This document shows positions 9,234-23,135 of a stretch of 64,000 nt of DNA, piece after piece (the stretch's first letter is position 1; every line of letters starts with the position of its first letter). The translations under genes and the position numbers were made by a program. The notes under the pieces were generated by a model. The model worked only from the letters and a program-made list of their open reading frames with translations, made no database searches and had not been told where the DNA came from. Source of the DNA: Patescibacteria group bacterium (lineage in GTDB: Bacteria > Patescibacteriota > Dojkabacteria > J137); the NCBI GenBank assembly GCA_963169855.1, contig CAUJCN010000002.1, positions 709,608 to 773,607 on the forward strand, in the 5' to 3' direction.

Positions 9234-9719
9234 ATGAAATTCATCTATAAATGGTTAGCAATTTTAGGGTTCGGTTTGTCCGCGTATTTGTATCTGAAGA
9301 ATAATAAAAACGTAAGCAAGGATTTAAAAAATCTAGGTAATAAAGCGAACTCTTTATATTCAAAATTTTCTGATACTTTAGAAAAAGGAAAGGAAGAGAT
9401 TCTGGAAGAAGTTCGAGAATTCGAAAAAGAAATCAAAAAAGATAAAAATTTTCAAAAAGCTCAGTCAGCTGTAAAAGAAATAGTAAAGAAAGTTAAGCCA
9501 GCAAATAAAAAGACAACGCCATTGTCAACTGGAGTTAATAGAATAGATAAAATTCAGAAATTGTTGTCAGACAAATCAGAAATTGCGATTCCAGATATTA
9601 GAAAACACTTCGCTGGTGTTAGTGAAAGAACACTAAGGAGAGACATGGATAAATTAGAGAAGATGGGCGTTGTAAAGCAAGTTGGAAAAACAAAGAACTC
9701 ATACTACGAAATTCTTTAA
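9234..9719 (+). CDS. Small membrane-anchored protein with a C-terminal DeoR-type winged HTH (161 aa)
   Basis: N-terminal TM (WLAILGFGLSAYLYL), a Lys/Glu-rich linker, and a C-terminal IPDIRKHFAGVSERTLRRDMDKLEKMGVVKQVGK that matches the DeoR-family HTH pattern. Confidence 0.45.
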   Translation: MKFIYKWLAILGFGLSAYLYLKNNKNVSKDLKNLGNKANSLYSKFSDTLEKGKEEILEEVREFEKEIKKDKNFQKAQSAVKEIVKKVKPANKKTTPLSTGVNRIDKIQKLLSDKSEIAIPDIRKHFAGVSERTLRRDMDKLEKMGVVKQVGKTKNSYYEIL

Positions 9720-9828
9720 ATCTACAATTTATCAAGATTAGTACTGCTAATAAGCAGTCTTCAAAATATCTCTTGCAAAACAATTTTTTTTCCTGCACAA
9801 TATAGTTGCACTTATTAACTATTCTTAC

Positions 9829-11481
9829 ATGTCTAGGAAGATACTTATATCTGTATCTAAGACTATGGGCACACTTGTAGCCTCTCTTATTCTTGCCGGA
9901 ATTTTTACTCTATTAATAGTAACTATCTTTTTAAACATCGTAGATCGAGATAGAGTTCTTCCTAATATATACCTGGAAAACGACTATGTTGGATTGATGG
10001 AGATTGGAGACGTAAAAGTTCAGTACGAAAAGGCAGCTATCGAAGACCTTCCTTCGAAAATCAAACTTACAATTGGAACAGAAACTAAAGAATATAAAAC
10101 TTCCGAACTTGCTCCAGAACTATACTTGGATAGAATTAAGGATGTTGGAAGAGATTCCGATCCAATTAGAGCATTGGAAGAAATGGTAAGCGTTGCTAAT
10201 CCAATTAAATTCTCATATGAATATAAATTTGATGTAAATAAAATCATCAGTGAATTTAAGCTTTTCAACGACGATGAGTTTAAATTTGTTGAAGATGATG
10301 GGCGAATTGTGGGATGTTCTTCTAATGGGTTGTCTGCAAAGCTTGTAGATGTTCAAAAAGTGAACGACGAAATCACAGAAAACTTGGCAATAGATACAGA
10401 AGTAAAGCTAGATAAATCCCAAATTCTTTCTGAAGGTACAGCAAAAGATGTTTATTTAATCTGTAATAGATTCAAATACGACGCTAATGCAATGACTGCA
10501 AAATTCCAGAGATTCGGCGATATTAAATCAGAAGATGTGCTAAGTTTTATGGGAATGTATCTAAGTGAAGAGGGGAGCTTGAGTTGGAAGATATATAATA
10601 AAGAGAATTTAAAAAAGTTCCTTAATAACCTAAAAACTAAAACAGAGGTCGCTCTGGACGAAGGAGAGTACGAAGATATTAATGGAGTAATAAGATTGTT
10701 CAGAAAATATGTAGAAGGAAAAGCCTTGGACATAGATTCGAGTTTGAGCAACCTTGTAAGATGGAGTGCCGACCCAATAAGTAAGGATTTCAAACTAGTA
10801 TTCAAGACTACATCTCCTTGGTATATAAAAGACGGTAGGCAGATTGAAGATTTTACTTATGAATTAAGTAGAGGAGAAAGTCGTATTAATCTATATGTAG
10901 GAGGTTGGGACAATCCAAGTCTTTACGCTTCTAGAGTTGGTGTAGACGAAATGGACGGTTATGTTCTAAATCCTGGAGAAGAATACTCATTCTTTAATTT
11001 CCTTCAGCCACAATTGTCAGATATGTGGAGAACAAAAGAAGGGAATCCTATATTAAGTGGTATTTGTAATTCTTCTACTACTATATTTAGAGCAGCACTT
11101 CACGCAGGTTTCCCTATAACGGAAAGATGGAATCATGGTTGGAGTCTAGAAAAGTACAGGTGGCCATATTCCGAGAATGTTGTTGATGCTACCTATTTAA
11201 CAACTCCGAAAATTGACCTAAGATTCGTAAACGACATAGGACATCCTGTTGTATTCAAATTAGATACATGGAGAGATGCAGAATGGGAATATCAAAGATT
11301 AAGAGTTATGACTTCGCCAAAAGCTAAAGGTAGAACTGTAGAGTTAGCTAACTTTAGAAAATGGGGTGAGCGTCTTCCAGGGATCTATAAAGGTAGTTTT
11401 GATCGAATAATCAAACAGGATGGGGCAGTGGTGGGCCAAGATTACTTCGAAAGTAACTATCACATGTACGCTCCTTACTAA
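9829..11481 (+). CDS. VanW-like domain protein with an N-terminal TM anchor (550 aa)
   Basis: N-terminal TM (LVASLILAGIFTLLIVTIFL). C-terminal VanW-family signature ...NPGEEYSFFNFLQP...SGICNSSTTIFRAALHAGFPITERWNHGW... Confidence 0.5.
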   Translation: MSRKILISVSKTMGTLVASLILAGIFTLLIVTIFLNIVDRDRVLPNIYLENDYVGLMEIGDVKVQYEKAAIEDLPSKIKLTIGTETKEYKTSELAPELYLDRIKDVGRDSDPIRALEEMVSVANPIKFSYEYKFDVNKIISEFKLFNDDEFKFVEDDGRIVGCSSNGLSAKLVDVQKVNDEITENLAIDTEVKLDKSQILSEGTAKDVYLICNRFKYDANAMTAKFQRFGDIKSEDVLSFMGMYLSEEGSLSWKIYNKENLKKFLNNLKTKTEVALDEGEYEDINGVIRLFRKYVEGKALDIDSSLSNLVRWSADPISKDFKLVFKTTSPWYIKDGRQIEDFTYELSRGESRINLYVGGWDNPSLYASRVGVDEMDGYVLNPGEEYSFFNFLQPQLSDMWRTKEGNPILSGICNSSTTIFRAALHAGFPITERWNHGWSLEKYRWPYSENVVDATYLTTPKIDLRFVNDIGHPVVFKLDTWRDAEWEYQRLRVMTSPKAKGRTVELANFRKWGERLPGIYKGSFDRIIKQDGAVVGQDYFESNYHMYAPY

Positions 11482-11562
11482 AATCCAGCCTCCAGAAAAG
11501 CCATCTGTCTTCATTCCCAAAAGCCTTGTAAAATCTCATAATTTTCCTCATTTTCCCTCTTG

Positions 11563-11597
11563 ACCTAGAGAGGGGTTCCTTGATACAATCACATCAC
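11563..11597 (+). promoter_or_regulatory. Candidate rRNA operon promoter (TTGACC-17/18-TACAAT)
   Basis: ttgacc at 11563-11568 and atacaat about 17 nt downstream, about 260 nt upstream of the 16S start. The -35 sits inside a ccctct/agaggg hairpin that could alternatively be the terminator of the upstream gene. Confidence 0.25.
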
Positions 11598-11852
11598 ACT
11601 TATCTTAGAGTCACTTTAAGAAGTGAATACTATTATCCCAATAATAAAAATTGAACTTTTAAAAGTGATAAGGAACGTCAATTTTCTTTGAGACGATCTA
11701 AACTCTTGTAAACGTTCTGGATTGGAATCGCCAGAATGTTATTCCAGAAGAACCAATTTAATTTGGTCAACTTCTAAATTTTTCCGCTATTAAATTAGCA
11801 AACTTAAATAATGGAATCCGCCGAAATTCGCAAGAATGTAGGAGGATGATAT

Positions 11853-13376
<1,524 letters not shown>

Positions 13377-13503
13377 AAAAGGAGTCTTGGTCATTAATTT
13401 GATCAAAACCCAAGTTTTAGACGTTTTCGACGATATTGATTGTTCCTTATCACTTTTTAAGAGTTTATAAAATAGAACCTTAAATAATTAATTACTACTT
13501 AAC

Positions 13504-13580
13504 AGGCGATTAGCTCAGGTGGTTAGAGCGTTCCTCTGATAAGGGAAAGGTCCCAAGTTCGAGTCTTGGATCGCCTACCA
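13504..13580 (+). tRNA. tRNA-Ile (GAT) in the 16S-23S spacer. CCA is encoded
   Basis: Acceptor aggcgat/atcgcct, anticodon loop ctGATaa, T arm ccaag-ttcgagt-cttgg, CCA at 13578-13580. Confidence 0.85.
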
Positions 13581-13649
13581 TCACAGTATAACGAGGAGTT
13601 GGAGTTCTGAGTAGAATGCTCATTGCTAACAATAAGACTCAGCTGTTTT

Positions 13650-13722
13650 GGGGTCTTAGCTTAGTTGGTAGAGCGTCTCATTTGCAATGAGAAGGTCATG
13701 GGTTCGAATCCCATAGACTCCA
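13650..13722 (+). tRNA. tRNA-Ala (TGC) in the 16S-23S spacer
   Basis: Acceptor ggggtct/agactcc with the G3:U70 Ala identity pair, anticodon loop ttTGCaa, T-loop ttcgaat. Confidence 0.85.
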
Positions 13723-13827
13723 TTTTTAGTAATTAGCTCTTTTGTAAAAAGAGAGGGCTAATAGCTGAAAGTAAAAACTTTTAGTGATTAATTGATCTTT
13801 AACAACTGAATAGAAGGTGAATAACCG

Positions 13828-16890
<3,063 letters not shown>

Positions 16891-17049
16891 CTATTCAGTT
16901 TCTAGAGATCAATCCTCTTACTCCCGATAAATCGGGATTCAGAGGACAAGTTCTCCGAAATTTCGCAAGAAATTAGGAGAAGATCTTTGAAAATTAAAAA
17001 TTAAGTATTCTGTCATCAGATACCTGGGAAGCTCCAAATTCCCAGATAT

Positions 17050-17165
17050 CCGGTGATAGGATCGCTCTGGACCCACCCTATCCCATTCCGAACTAGGACG
17101 TGAAACGGAGTTGAGCCGAAAATACTTATCCGCACCGCGGATCGGGAAGATAGGTAATCGCCGGT
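17050..17165 (+). rRNA. rrf: 5S ribosomal RNA
   Basis: ccggtgatagg...ccgaactaggacgtgaaacggagttgagccgaa...gataggtaatcgccgg. Terminal helix ccggtgata/taatcgccgg. About 116 nt. Confidence 0.8.
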
Positions 17166-17174
17166 TATGAAAAG

Positions 17175-17198
17175 CCTCCTGTAAAAAGGAGGTTTTTC
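17175..17198 (+). terminator. rRNA operon terminator T1
   Basis: cctcct-gtaaaa-aggagg followed by TTTTT. Confidence 0.6.
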
Positions 17199-17308
17199 TA
17201 TATCAAAATTTGCCCAACAAAGAATCGATTCCCTTTTCTTAGTAGAATAATCATCATACTATTATTTGCTAGCGCAAACCTAGAATAGGTAATCGCCGGT
17301 TTAAAAAA

Positions 17309-17335
17309 GACTCTTTGTAAAAGGAGTCTTTTTTT
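17309..17335 (+). terminator. Second terminator T2, preceded by a duplicated 5S 3'-end fragment
   Basis: gactcttt-gtaaa-aggagtc followed by TTTTTTT. The 17 nt ataggtaatcgccggtt at 17285-17301 are identical to 17150-17166. Confidence 0.55.
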
Positions 17336-17400
17336 ATGGCAAAAAATTCAGAATCAATGAAAATGTTTTGGTATGTTAGAATCAGTAATTAAATAAATAT

Positions 17401-18129
17401 ATGTCACAAGCGTTTGCAAGCTCCGCGGCTCCGAATATGTCTAGCCTAAAGACTGTAGAGTTAGCGGTTCATAATGATTTCGATGCAGTGCAGCTGTTTA
17501 TTAATCCTCTGCTAATTAACAATGCAGAACATCGAGCAGAAATAGTAAGTGCTTTAAATGCTACTGAGTTGATCGTCGTGCTCCATTTGTCAGGATTAGA
17601 CCCTGAAACATTTCAACTAGATTTGAAAGAGAGGGTTGCTGTCGAGTCAATGATTAGCTCCTTGAAAAATAAGGTTGTGCCTCTTGTTCATTACATAGAG
17701 GGGATGGGTATATCTGATATTCCAGTCGTAAATGATCAAAGAGTAGGGTTGGAAAACTCTAAGACAGGGATTTTTGATATGGAACATATTCAAAGGGTTC
17801 AAGACTTGTGTAACGAGGTAAAGATTCCTTTTGTGCTGGATTTTGAAAGAATTCTGTATACACATTCAGAATCAGAGAAAGTTTCTATTATTGGATTCGT
17901 AAAAAGAGTTGTTGATAGTTTAGATCCGGATATAGATATGTTGCATCTAAGAGACAAAACTTCTTGGTTATTGCCGTCAAGAAAATCTGCATGTGCCTAT
18001 CCTGAAGGTATAAACAAAAATTTTACCGAAGAAATATCTCGCTTTCACAAATCAGGAGGTTTGGTAATCTGGGAATTTGAGAACTTAGAACAAACACTTA
18101 AAAGCTCGAAATCGTTAGCTCACGAGTAG
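17401..18129 (+). CDS. Hypothetical protein (242 aa), possibly a TIM-barrel-like enzyme
   Basis: Intact ORF directly after the rRNA operon. A TGTTAGAAT -10-like element lies ~40 nt upstream. No confident motif. Confidence 0.45.
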   Translation: MSQAFASSAAPNMSSLKTVELAVHNDFDAVQLFINPLLINNAEHRAEIVSALNATELIVVLHLSGLDPETFQLDLKERVAVESMISSLKNKVVPLVHYIEGMGISDIPVVNDQRVGLENSKTGIFDMEHIQRVQDLCNEVKIPFVLDFERILYTHSESEKVSIIGFVKRVVDSLDPDIDMLHLRDKTSWLLPSRKSACAYPEGINKNFTEEISRFHKSGGLVIWEFENLEQTLKSSKSLAHE

Positions 18130-18255
18130 TTTAATTATTCGGACTAAATCATTCGGACATTTTCGGACATGCTCGATATGCTAGTCAGCACGTGCAATTC
18201 AAGCTTGCTGGTTTCGCAGGAAAAGTGATAGAATCTTCAAAATTTACTAAAAATT

Positions 18256-18789
18256 ATGATAATTTCTAACCACGATACAGTCAAAAATGGAGTCGATATT
18301 GTTAAAATAGAATTCCCAGATAATTTCTTCGACTTCTACTATATCCTTAGGACTAGGTTAGTAAAACGTTACGGATTTCTAATTCCAGATGCTGGTTATC
18401 CATACAAAGGTTACTATGAAAACCTTACTACAAAGGCTTTCATTCAAAGCCTTCTAGAGAAGTTATTAGAGCTTCCTAGCAAAGGTAAGTTCATTCATAA
18501 AAATCCGTCTGAGTCAGAGCTTGAAGATCTATATAAAAATTTCTTGTCTGGATTAAGAGAACTAGATGCTCAAGAAATTTTGGAAAGGTTGAAAATTGCA
18601 ATAGAAATGACTGTTAATGCTATGGTTTCTGGGGACTTTCGAATTAGCCCAGCGTTTTATATAGACGTAATGAGGGAATTTGTTATTTTCGATATTGTAG
18701 GAGGTGATCCAGTATTCCCTAAGGTTGATTTTGACTATTGGAAAGATAAAGAATCGAGACTTTTAAGAGTCGCTCCAGAAGAGCCATAA
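18256..18789 (+). CDS. Hypothetical protein (177 aa)
   Basis: Intact ORF with no recognisable motif. Confidence 0.4.
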   Translation: MIISNHDTVKNGVDIVKIEFPDNFFDFYYILRTRLVKRYGFLIPDAGYPYKGYYENLTTKAFIQSLLEKLLELPSKGKFIHKNPSESELEDLYKNFLSGLRELDAQEILERLKIAIEMTVNAMVSGDFRISPAFYIDVMREFVIFDIVGGDPVFPKVDFDYWKDKESRLLRVAPEEP

Positions 18790-18810
18790 GCCCTCTGGGG
18801 TCTTCTTTCC

Positions 18811-18839
18811 TTGAAATAAAGACATGGAAATCGTATAAT
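18811..18839 (+). promoter_or_regulatory. Sigma70-type promoter for rpsA (TTGAAA-17-TATAAT)
   Basis: ttgaaa at 18811-18816, 17-nt spacer, tataat at 18834-18839. The 5' UTR carries the hairpin ctacg-ctaaagctt-cgtag at 18868-18886. Confidence 0.45.
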
Positions 18840-18915
18840 TCCGCTAGGAATCTTAAGTCTCCCTGCTACGCTAAAGCTTCGTAGGGAAAACCAAGCTTAG
18901 GACACACTAAATATT

Positions 18916-20157
18916 ATGAGTAAAATACAAAAACACTCAGAGGAAGAAGTAAACGCTCTTCTTGAGGGAGTAGAGATCCCTAAAACTTTCAAAAAAGGAG
19001 ACATCATCGAAGGAACTGTTGTAACTATCAGTGATTTTGGCATGGTTGTTAACGTTGGAGGAAGAACCGAAGGAATTGTAAGTGGTAAACACTTAAAATT
19101 AGGAGGTAAAAAAATCTCTAAAAATCTAGGAGACAAGGTTCTAGCTTATGTTCTTAACCCTGAAAACGAAGAAGGTCAATTAATGCTTTCTGTAAGTAAG
19201 ACAGGAACTGAACTAAAGTGGCACGAACTTGAGCAAGCTAAATTAACAGACAGCTCTATCAAAGTAAAAGTCATCGAGGCTAATACTGGAGGAGTTATTG
19301 TTGAAATTAACGAAGGCTTAAGAGGATTCGTTCCAAGTTCACAATTAAGAAATAACAGAATCTACACTACAGAAACTTACTCCGGAAAAGTTGACGCTGT
19401 AAAAGCTCTGCAAACAAAACTTGCAGAAATGATCGGCGAAGAACTTGAAGTAGTAGTTATGGAAATCAATAAGGACAAGAACAAAGTTATTCTTTCCGAA
19501 AAGAGAGCATTCAATGACGGAGTAGACGCTAAACAGATGGCAGAAACGCTATCTAGTCTAAAGGTTGGAGATGCTATCGAAGGGGAAGTAACTGGAATTG
19601 CACCTTTTGGTCTATTTGTTAACGCAAAAGGACTTGAGGGACTTGTTCACCTTTCCGAAATTTCTTGGGACAAAGTATCAAACCCTGCTGACTTTTATAA
19701 AGTTGGTGAAAAGGTTCAGGTACAAGTTCTTGGACTTCAGGATAATGGAAAAAGAGTTGCTTATTCAATTAAGCGATTAGTACCAGATCCATGGAAGAAC
19801 ATCGTTAAGAAATACAAGCAAGGTCAAATTGTTGATGGTGTAGTAAAAAGCGTTGCAGACTACGGAGTATTCGTAAAGATTGAAGAAGGTCTAAATGGCT
19901 TGATTCACATCAGCGAATTATCTAACAAGCTTGTAAAGCACCCATCTCAGATTGTTAAGGCTGGGGATGAAATCAAAGTTATGATCATTTCGATCTCAAA
20001 CGAAGATAGACATCTAGGACTTAGCTTAAAGAGAGTAAATGCTTCTGGCGAAGCTGAAGCTGAAGTTTCTACTGAAGAAACTGCTGCTCCTGCTAAGGAA
20101 GGCAACTCTGCTAGAGAAATGGAAGGTTTAGACAAATTACTTCAGGATGCTGAATAA
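18916..20157 (+). CDS. rpsA: 30S ribosomal protein S1 (413 aa, four S1 domains)
   Basis: Repeated S1 folds (GDIIEGTVVTISDFGMVVNV..., GDAIEGEVTGIAPFGLFVNA..., GQIVDGVVKSVADYGVFVKI...) and an acidic C-terminal tail. Confidence 0.75.
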   Translation: MSKIQKHSEEEVNALLEGVEIPKTFKKGDIIEGTVVTISDFGMVVNVGGRTEGIVSGKHLKLGGKKISKNLGDKVLAYVLNPENEEGQLMLSVSKTGTELKWHELEQAKLTDSSIKVKVIEANTGGVIVEINEGLRGFVPSSQLRNNRIYTTETYSGKVDAVKALQTKLAEMIGEELEVVVMEINKDKNKVILSEKRAFNDGVDAKQMAETLSSLKVGDAIEGEVTGIAPFGLFVNAKGLEGLVHLSEISWDKVSNPADFYKVGEKVQVQVLGLQDNGKRVAYSIKRLVPDPWKNIVKKYKQGQIVDGVVKSVADYGVFVKIEEGLNGLIHISELSNKLVKHPSQIVKAGDEIKVMIISISNEDRHLGLSLKRVNASGEAEAEVSTEETAAPAKEGNSAREMEGLDKLLQDAE

Positions 20158-20247
20158 ATAAAAGCTCGAAGTTTTAAGATCGAAAACTGAAATTGAAAGG
20201 TGAAATGGCTAACCCCAGAGTAACCTTTCTTTTTTTTTTAGTGAAAA

Positions 20248-20274
20248 TTAGCAGGATGTTACCTCTCCTGCTAT
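20248..20274 (+). promoter_or_regulatory. CIRCE-architecture inverted repeat (9-N9-9) overlapping the clpC promoter
   Basis: TTAGCAGGA-tgttacctc-TCCTGCTAT. The arms are reverse complements at 8 of 9 positions. The canonical CIRCE is TTAGCACTC-N9-GAGTGCTAA. The repeat overlaps the -10 tataat at 20273-20278. Confidence 0.45.
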
Positions 20275-20333
20275 AATTGAGAAAAGGTCAAAAATTTCGA
20301 TCTTCGAATTTAGTATTTCAGACTTTCTTTTAT

Positions 20334-22808
20334 ATGGCAGATTTAAAAGGTTTAAAAAGACTTACCAGCAACGCACAAAGAGTTTTAGCTCTTGGAGAAG
20401 AGGTCGCGAAAAATAATTCAGCGAAAGAGTACGTAGCTATTCATTTGTTCTATGCAATTCTAAGTGATAAAACACCTATAATCTCAGACCTATTTGCAAA
20501 ATTAGGAATTGATTACGAGGAGACAAAAATGAGAGTTTCTCAAGAACTTGTTAAATACTCAACAGCGAATGTTGTTACTAAAATAGTAGTATCAGAAGAA
20601 TTGAAAAAAGTGATTAACGACGCAATAGTTATTGCTAGAGAGTTGGGAACTGTTTACGTTGGAATCGAACATTTGTTTTTATCTATTTTCAGACAAACGA
20701 ATCTTGAATTTGTTAAATCAATTAACGATTCAGGCATTACTTATAACGTTGTAAAAGATGCTCTGTTAACAATCGTGACTTATCCAGCACTTTCATCTCT
20801 ATCGAGAAGAGATGATTATTTCGACATGAATGAAGAGAAGGAAGGTGCTTATTTTAGTCGAAACTTAAATGAGGCTGCTTTGAATGGAGAAATCTCTAAT
20901 ATTACTGGAAGAGATAAGGAAATCCAGCGTTTGATTCACATTCTGGCAAGAAAAAGTAAAAATAATCCAATCTTGGTCGGGGACGCTGGGGTAGGAAAAA
21001 CTGCAATTGTTGAAGGTTTTGTGAACATGATTGTTCAGAAAAAAGTTCCGGCATCATTCATAAATAAAAAGGTTCTGAGTGTAGATATTGCAGGAATCGT
21101 TTCTGGCGCGAGATTAAGAGGAGATGTGGAGGAGAGAATTACTGCAGTTATAAACGAAGCAATCGAGGATGGAAATACAATTCTTTTCATCGACGAAATT
21201 CATATGATTGTTGGAGCAGGTTCAACAGGAGGAAAGGACTCGTTAGATATTGCTAACATCCTTAAACCCTACTTAACAAAGCCAAATTTGAGCGTTATTG
21301 GTGCAACAACCCACGATGAATATGCGAAGTACTTCGAGGAGGACACTGCACTGTCAAGACGTTTCCAGCCTATTTTTGTTGAAGAATTAAGCAAGGATTC
21401 TGCAAAGGAAGTTATCTACCAGCTGCTTCCAGAATTTGAGTCTTTCCATAATCTAAAGATAAATAAAGACTCTGTAGATATGGCTGTGGAGCTATCTTCG
21501 AAATTTATTCAGGATAGATACTTGCCAGATAAGGCTCTAGATATTATTGACGAAGCTGCTTCTAGTCTAAAAATTGGACGAGAATTTGCCATCGAGCCAG
21601 AATTAAGTGAGCTTGGAAATAATTTGATAAAAATTCAAGCAAAAAAGGAAAGAGCGATCAAAGATGAAAAGTATGAACTAGCATCGAAATACAAGGAAGA
21701 AGAGGAGGAAATTGTAGATGAAATTGAAGCGACTGTAGAGGGAAAGAAAAAAGTTAAAAAAAAGTACTCAAAAGTGGTAACTCCTGACCTAATAAAGGAC
21801 ATAGTTGTAGAGATGACGAAGATTCCAATTGCTGCCAGCGATATTTCTGATAAGAGATTAAAGGATCTTGGAACTAATCTAAAAAGTAGAATTATTGGTC
21901 AAGACACGGTCATAGAAAATGTTTCGAAAGCGATCCAAAGATCTCACCTAGGATTGGGTGGAGATAGAAAGCCATTGGCATCATTTCTATTTCTTGGTCC
22001 GACTGGAGTAGGTAAGACGGAGCTTGCAAAAAGTCTTGCAAGAGAAGTTTTCGGTTCCGACTCTCTGATGTTCCAAATTAATATGAGCGAATTTATGGAA
22101 ATGCACGCAGTTGCTAAATTGATTGGTGCTCCTCCGGGCTATGTTGGATATCAGGAAGGCGGACAGCTAACAACCTTTGTTAAACGAAAACCTTATTCTG
22201 TAGTGCTCTTTGATGAAATTGAGAAAGCGCATCCAGATACATTAAACATTCTTCTTCAAATTTTGGAGGAAGGAGAGCTGACAGATGGAAAGGGAAATAA
22301 AATCAGTTTTAAAAATACAATTGTGATTCTCACTTCAAATATCGGTGCTTCTCAGGTATCGAATGATACCAAACTTGGATTCGATGTGTTCGGAGGAAAT
22401 GATACAGCGGAGTTCGATAGAGCTTATGGAGATATGAAAGAGAACATTTTAGAGAGACTAAAAGAAACTCTAAGGCCTGAACTTATCAATAGAATCGATT
22501 CCGTAGACGTATTTAGGGGATTGAATAAAGACGATGCAAAATCTATCGCTAGGTTAGTTGTAGAGGAAACTAAAATCAAGCTAATGTCTAAGGGCATTAA
22601 ATTGATTGTCGAGGATGAAGTTGTAGAGAAACTTGCTGATTTAGGATATAGCAAAGAATACGGTGCTAGAAATATTAAAAGACAGGTCGTAGACTCTCTA
22701 GAAAATAAATTGGCTGAACATATAATTGGTCTTAATCTCGACAAGAAAAGAGTAGGGCTAGTAAATGTAAAAGTTGTCTTACACGAAGGCTTTGTTACGT
22801 TTCGGTAA
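20334..22808 (+). CDS. clpC: ClpC-type AAA+ chaperone / Clp ATPase subunit (two NBDs, short M-domain)
   Basis: Start taken at ATG 20334 (MADLKGLKRL...). The track ORF begins upstream at 20277. Clp_N repeats, Walker A GDAGVGKTA and GPTGVGKTE, Walker B FIDEIH and VLFDEIEKAH, and a ~65-aa coiled-coil middle region (ClpC-like, shorter than ClpB). Confidence 0.8.
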   Translation: MADLKGLKRLTSNAQRVLALGEEVAKNNSAKEYVAIHLFYAILSDKTPIISDLFAKLGIDYEETKMRVSQELVKYSTANVVTKIVVSEELKKVINDAIVIARELGTVYVGIEHLFLSIFRQTNLEFVKSINDSGITYNVVKDALLTIVTYPALSSLSRRDDYFDMNEEKEGAYFSRNLNEAALNGEISNITGRDKEIQRLIHILARKSKNNPILVGDAGVGKTAIVEGFVNMIVQKKVPASFINKKVLSVDIAGIVSGARLRGDVEERITAVINEAIEDGNTILFIDEIHMIVGAGSTGGKDSLDIANILKPYLTKPNLSVIGATTHDEYAKYFEEDTALSRRFQPIFVEELSKDSAKEVIYQLLPEFESFHNLKINKDSVDMAVELSSKFIQDRYLPDKALDIIDEAASSLKIGREFAIEPELSELGNNLIKIQAKKERAIKDEKYELASKYKEEEEEIVDEIEATVEGKKKVKKKYSKVVTPDLIKDIVVEMTKIPIAASDISDKRLKDLGTNLKSRIIGQDTVIENVSKAIQRSHLGLGGDRKPLASFLFLGPTGVGKTELAKSLAREVFGSDSLMFQINMSEFMEMHAVAKLIGAPPGYVGYQEGGQLTTFVKRKPYSVVLFDEIEKAHPDTLNILLQILEEGELTDGKGNKISFKNTIVILTSNIGASQVSNDTKLGFDVFGGNDTAEFDRAYGDMKENILERLKETLRPELINRIDSVDVFRGLNKDDAKSIARLVVEETKIKLMSKGIKLIVEDEVVEKLADLGYSKEYGARNIKRQVVDSLENKLAEHIIGLNLDKKRVGLVNVKVVLHEGFVTFR

Positions 22809-22987
22809 TTTGCTGTGGATAACTTCCCGTGAAAGTCCAAAACTCTATTTTTGAGAGAATTTATGTTCTAAATTCGAGGCGCACATCCCAAGGGTATTTT
22901 TAAAAGTTCTTGTTTTGAACATTCTATAACGTTTACTGGTAGACCATTGCGTCTCTTTTTGCAATAACCAGAAGTTTACTATAGGAC

Positions 22988-23016
22988 TTGACACGAGAAG
23001 ATTATAGGGTATAATA
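22988..23016 (+). promoter_or_regulatory. Consensus sigma70 promoter (TTGACA-16-TATAAT) that starts a ~300-nt rho leader
   Basis: ttgaca at 22988-22993, tataat at 23010-23015. Confidence 0.5.
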
Positions 23017-23051
23017 ATGTTAGAACCTTAAAAATAGTAGCGTAGATGGCT

Positions 23052-23115
23052 GATCCCAATGTCTAGTTCGCGTGCACAATTATGTAAATAATTGACTTAC
23101 TGGACTTTTGGATTA
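23052..23115 (+). repeat. Rho-leader structured repeat, copy 1 (64 nt)
   Basis: gatcccaatgtctagttcgcgtgcacaattatgtaaataattgacttactggacttttggatta. Contains the hairpin caattat-gtaa-ataattg. Confidence 0.7.
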
Positions 23116-23135
23116 GCCGTTTATTACTGTTAGTT

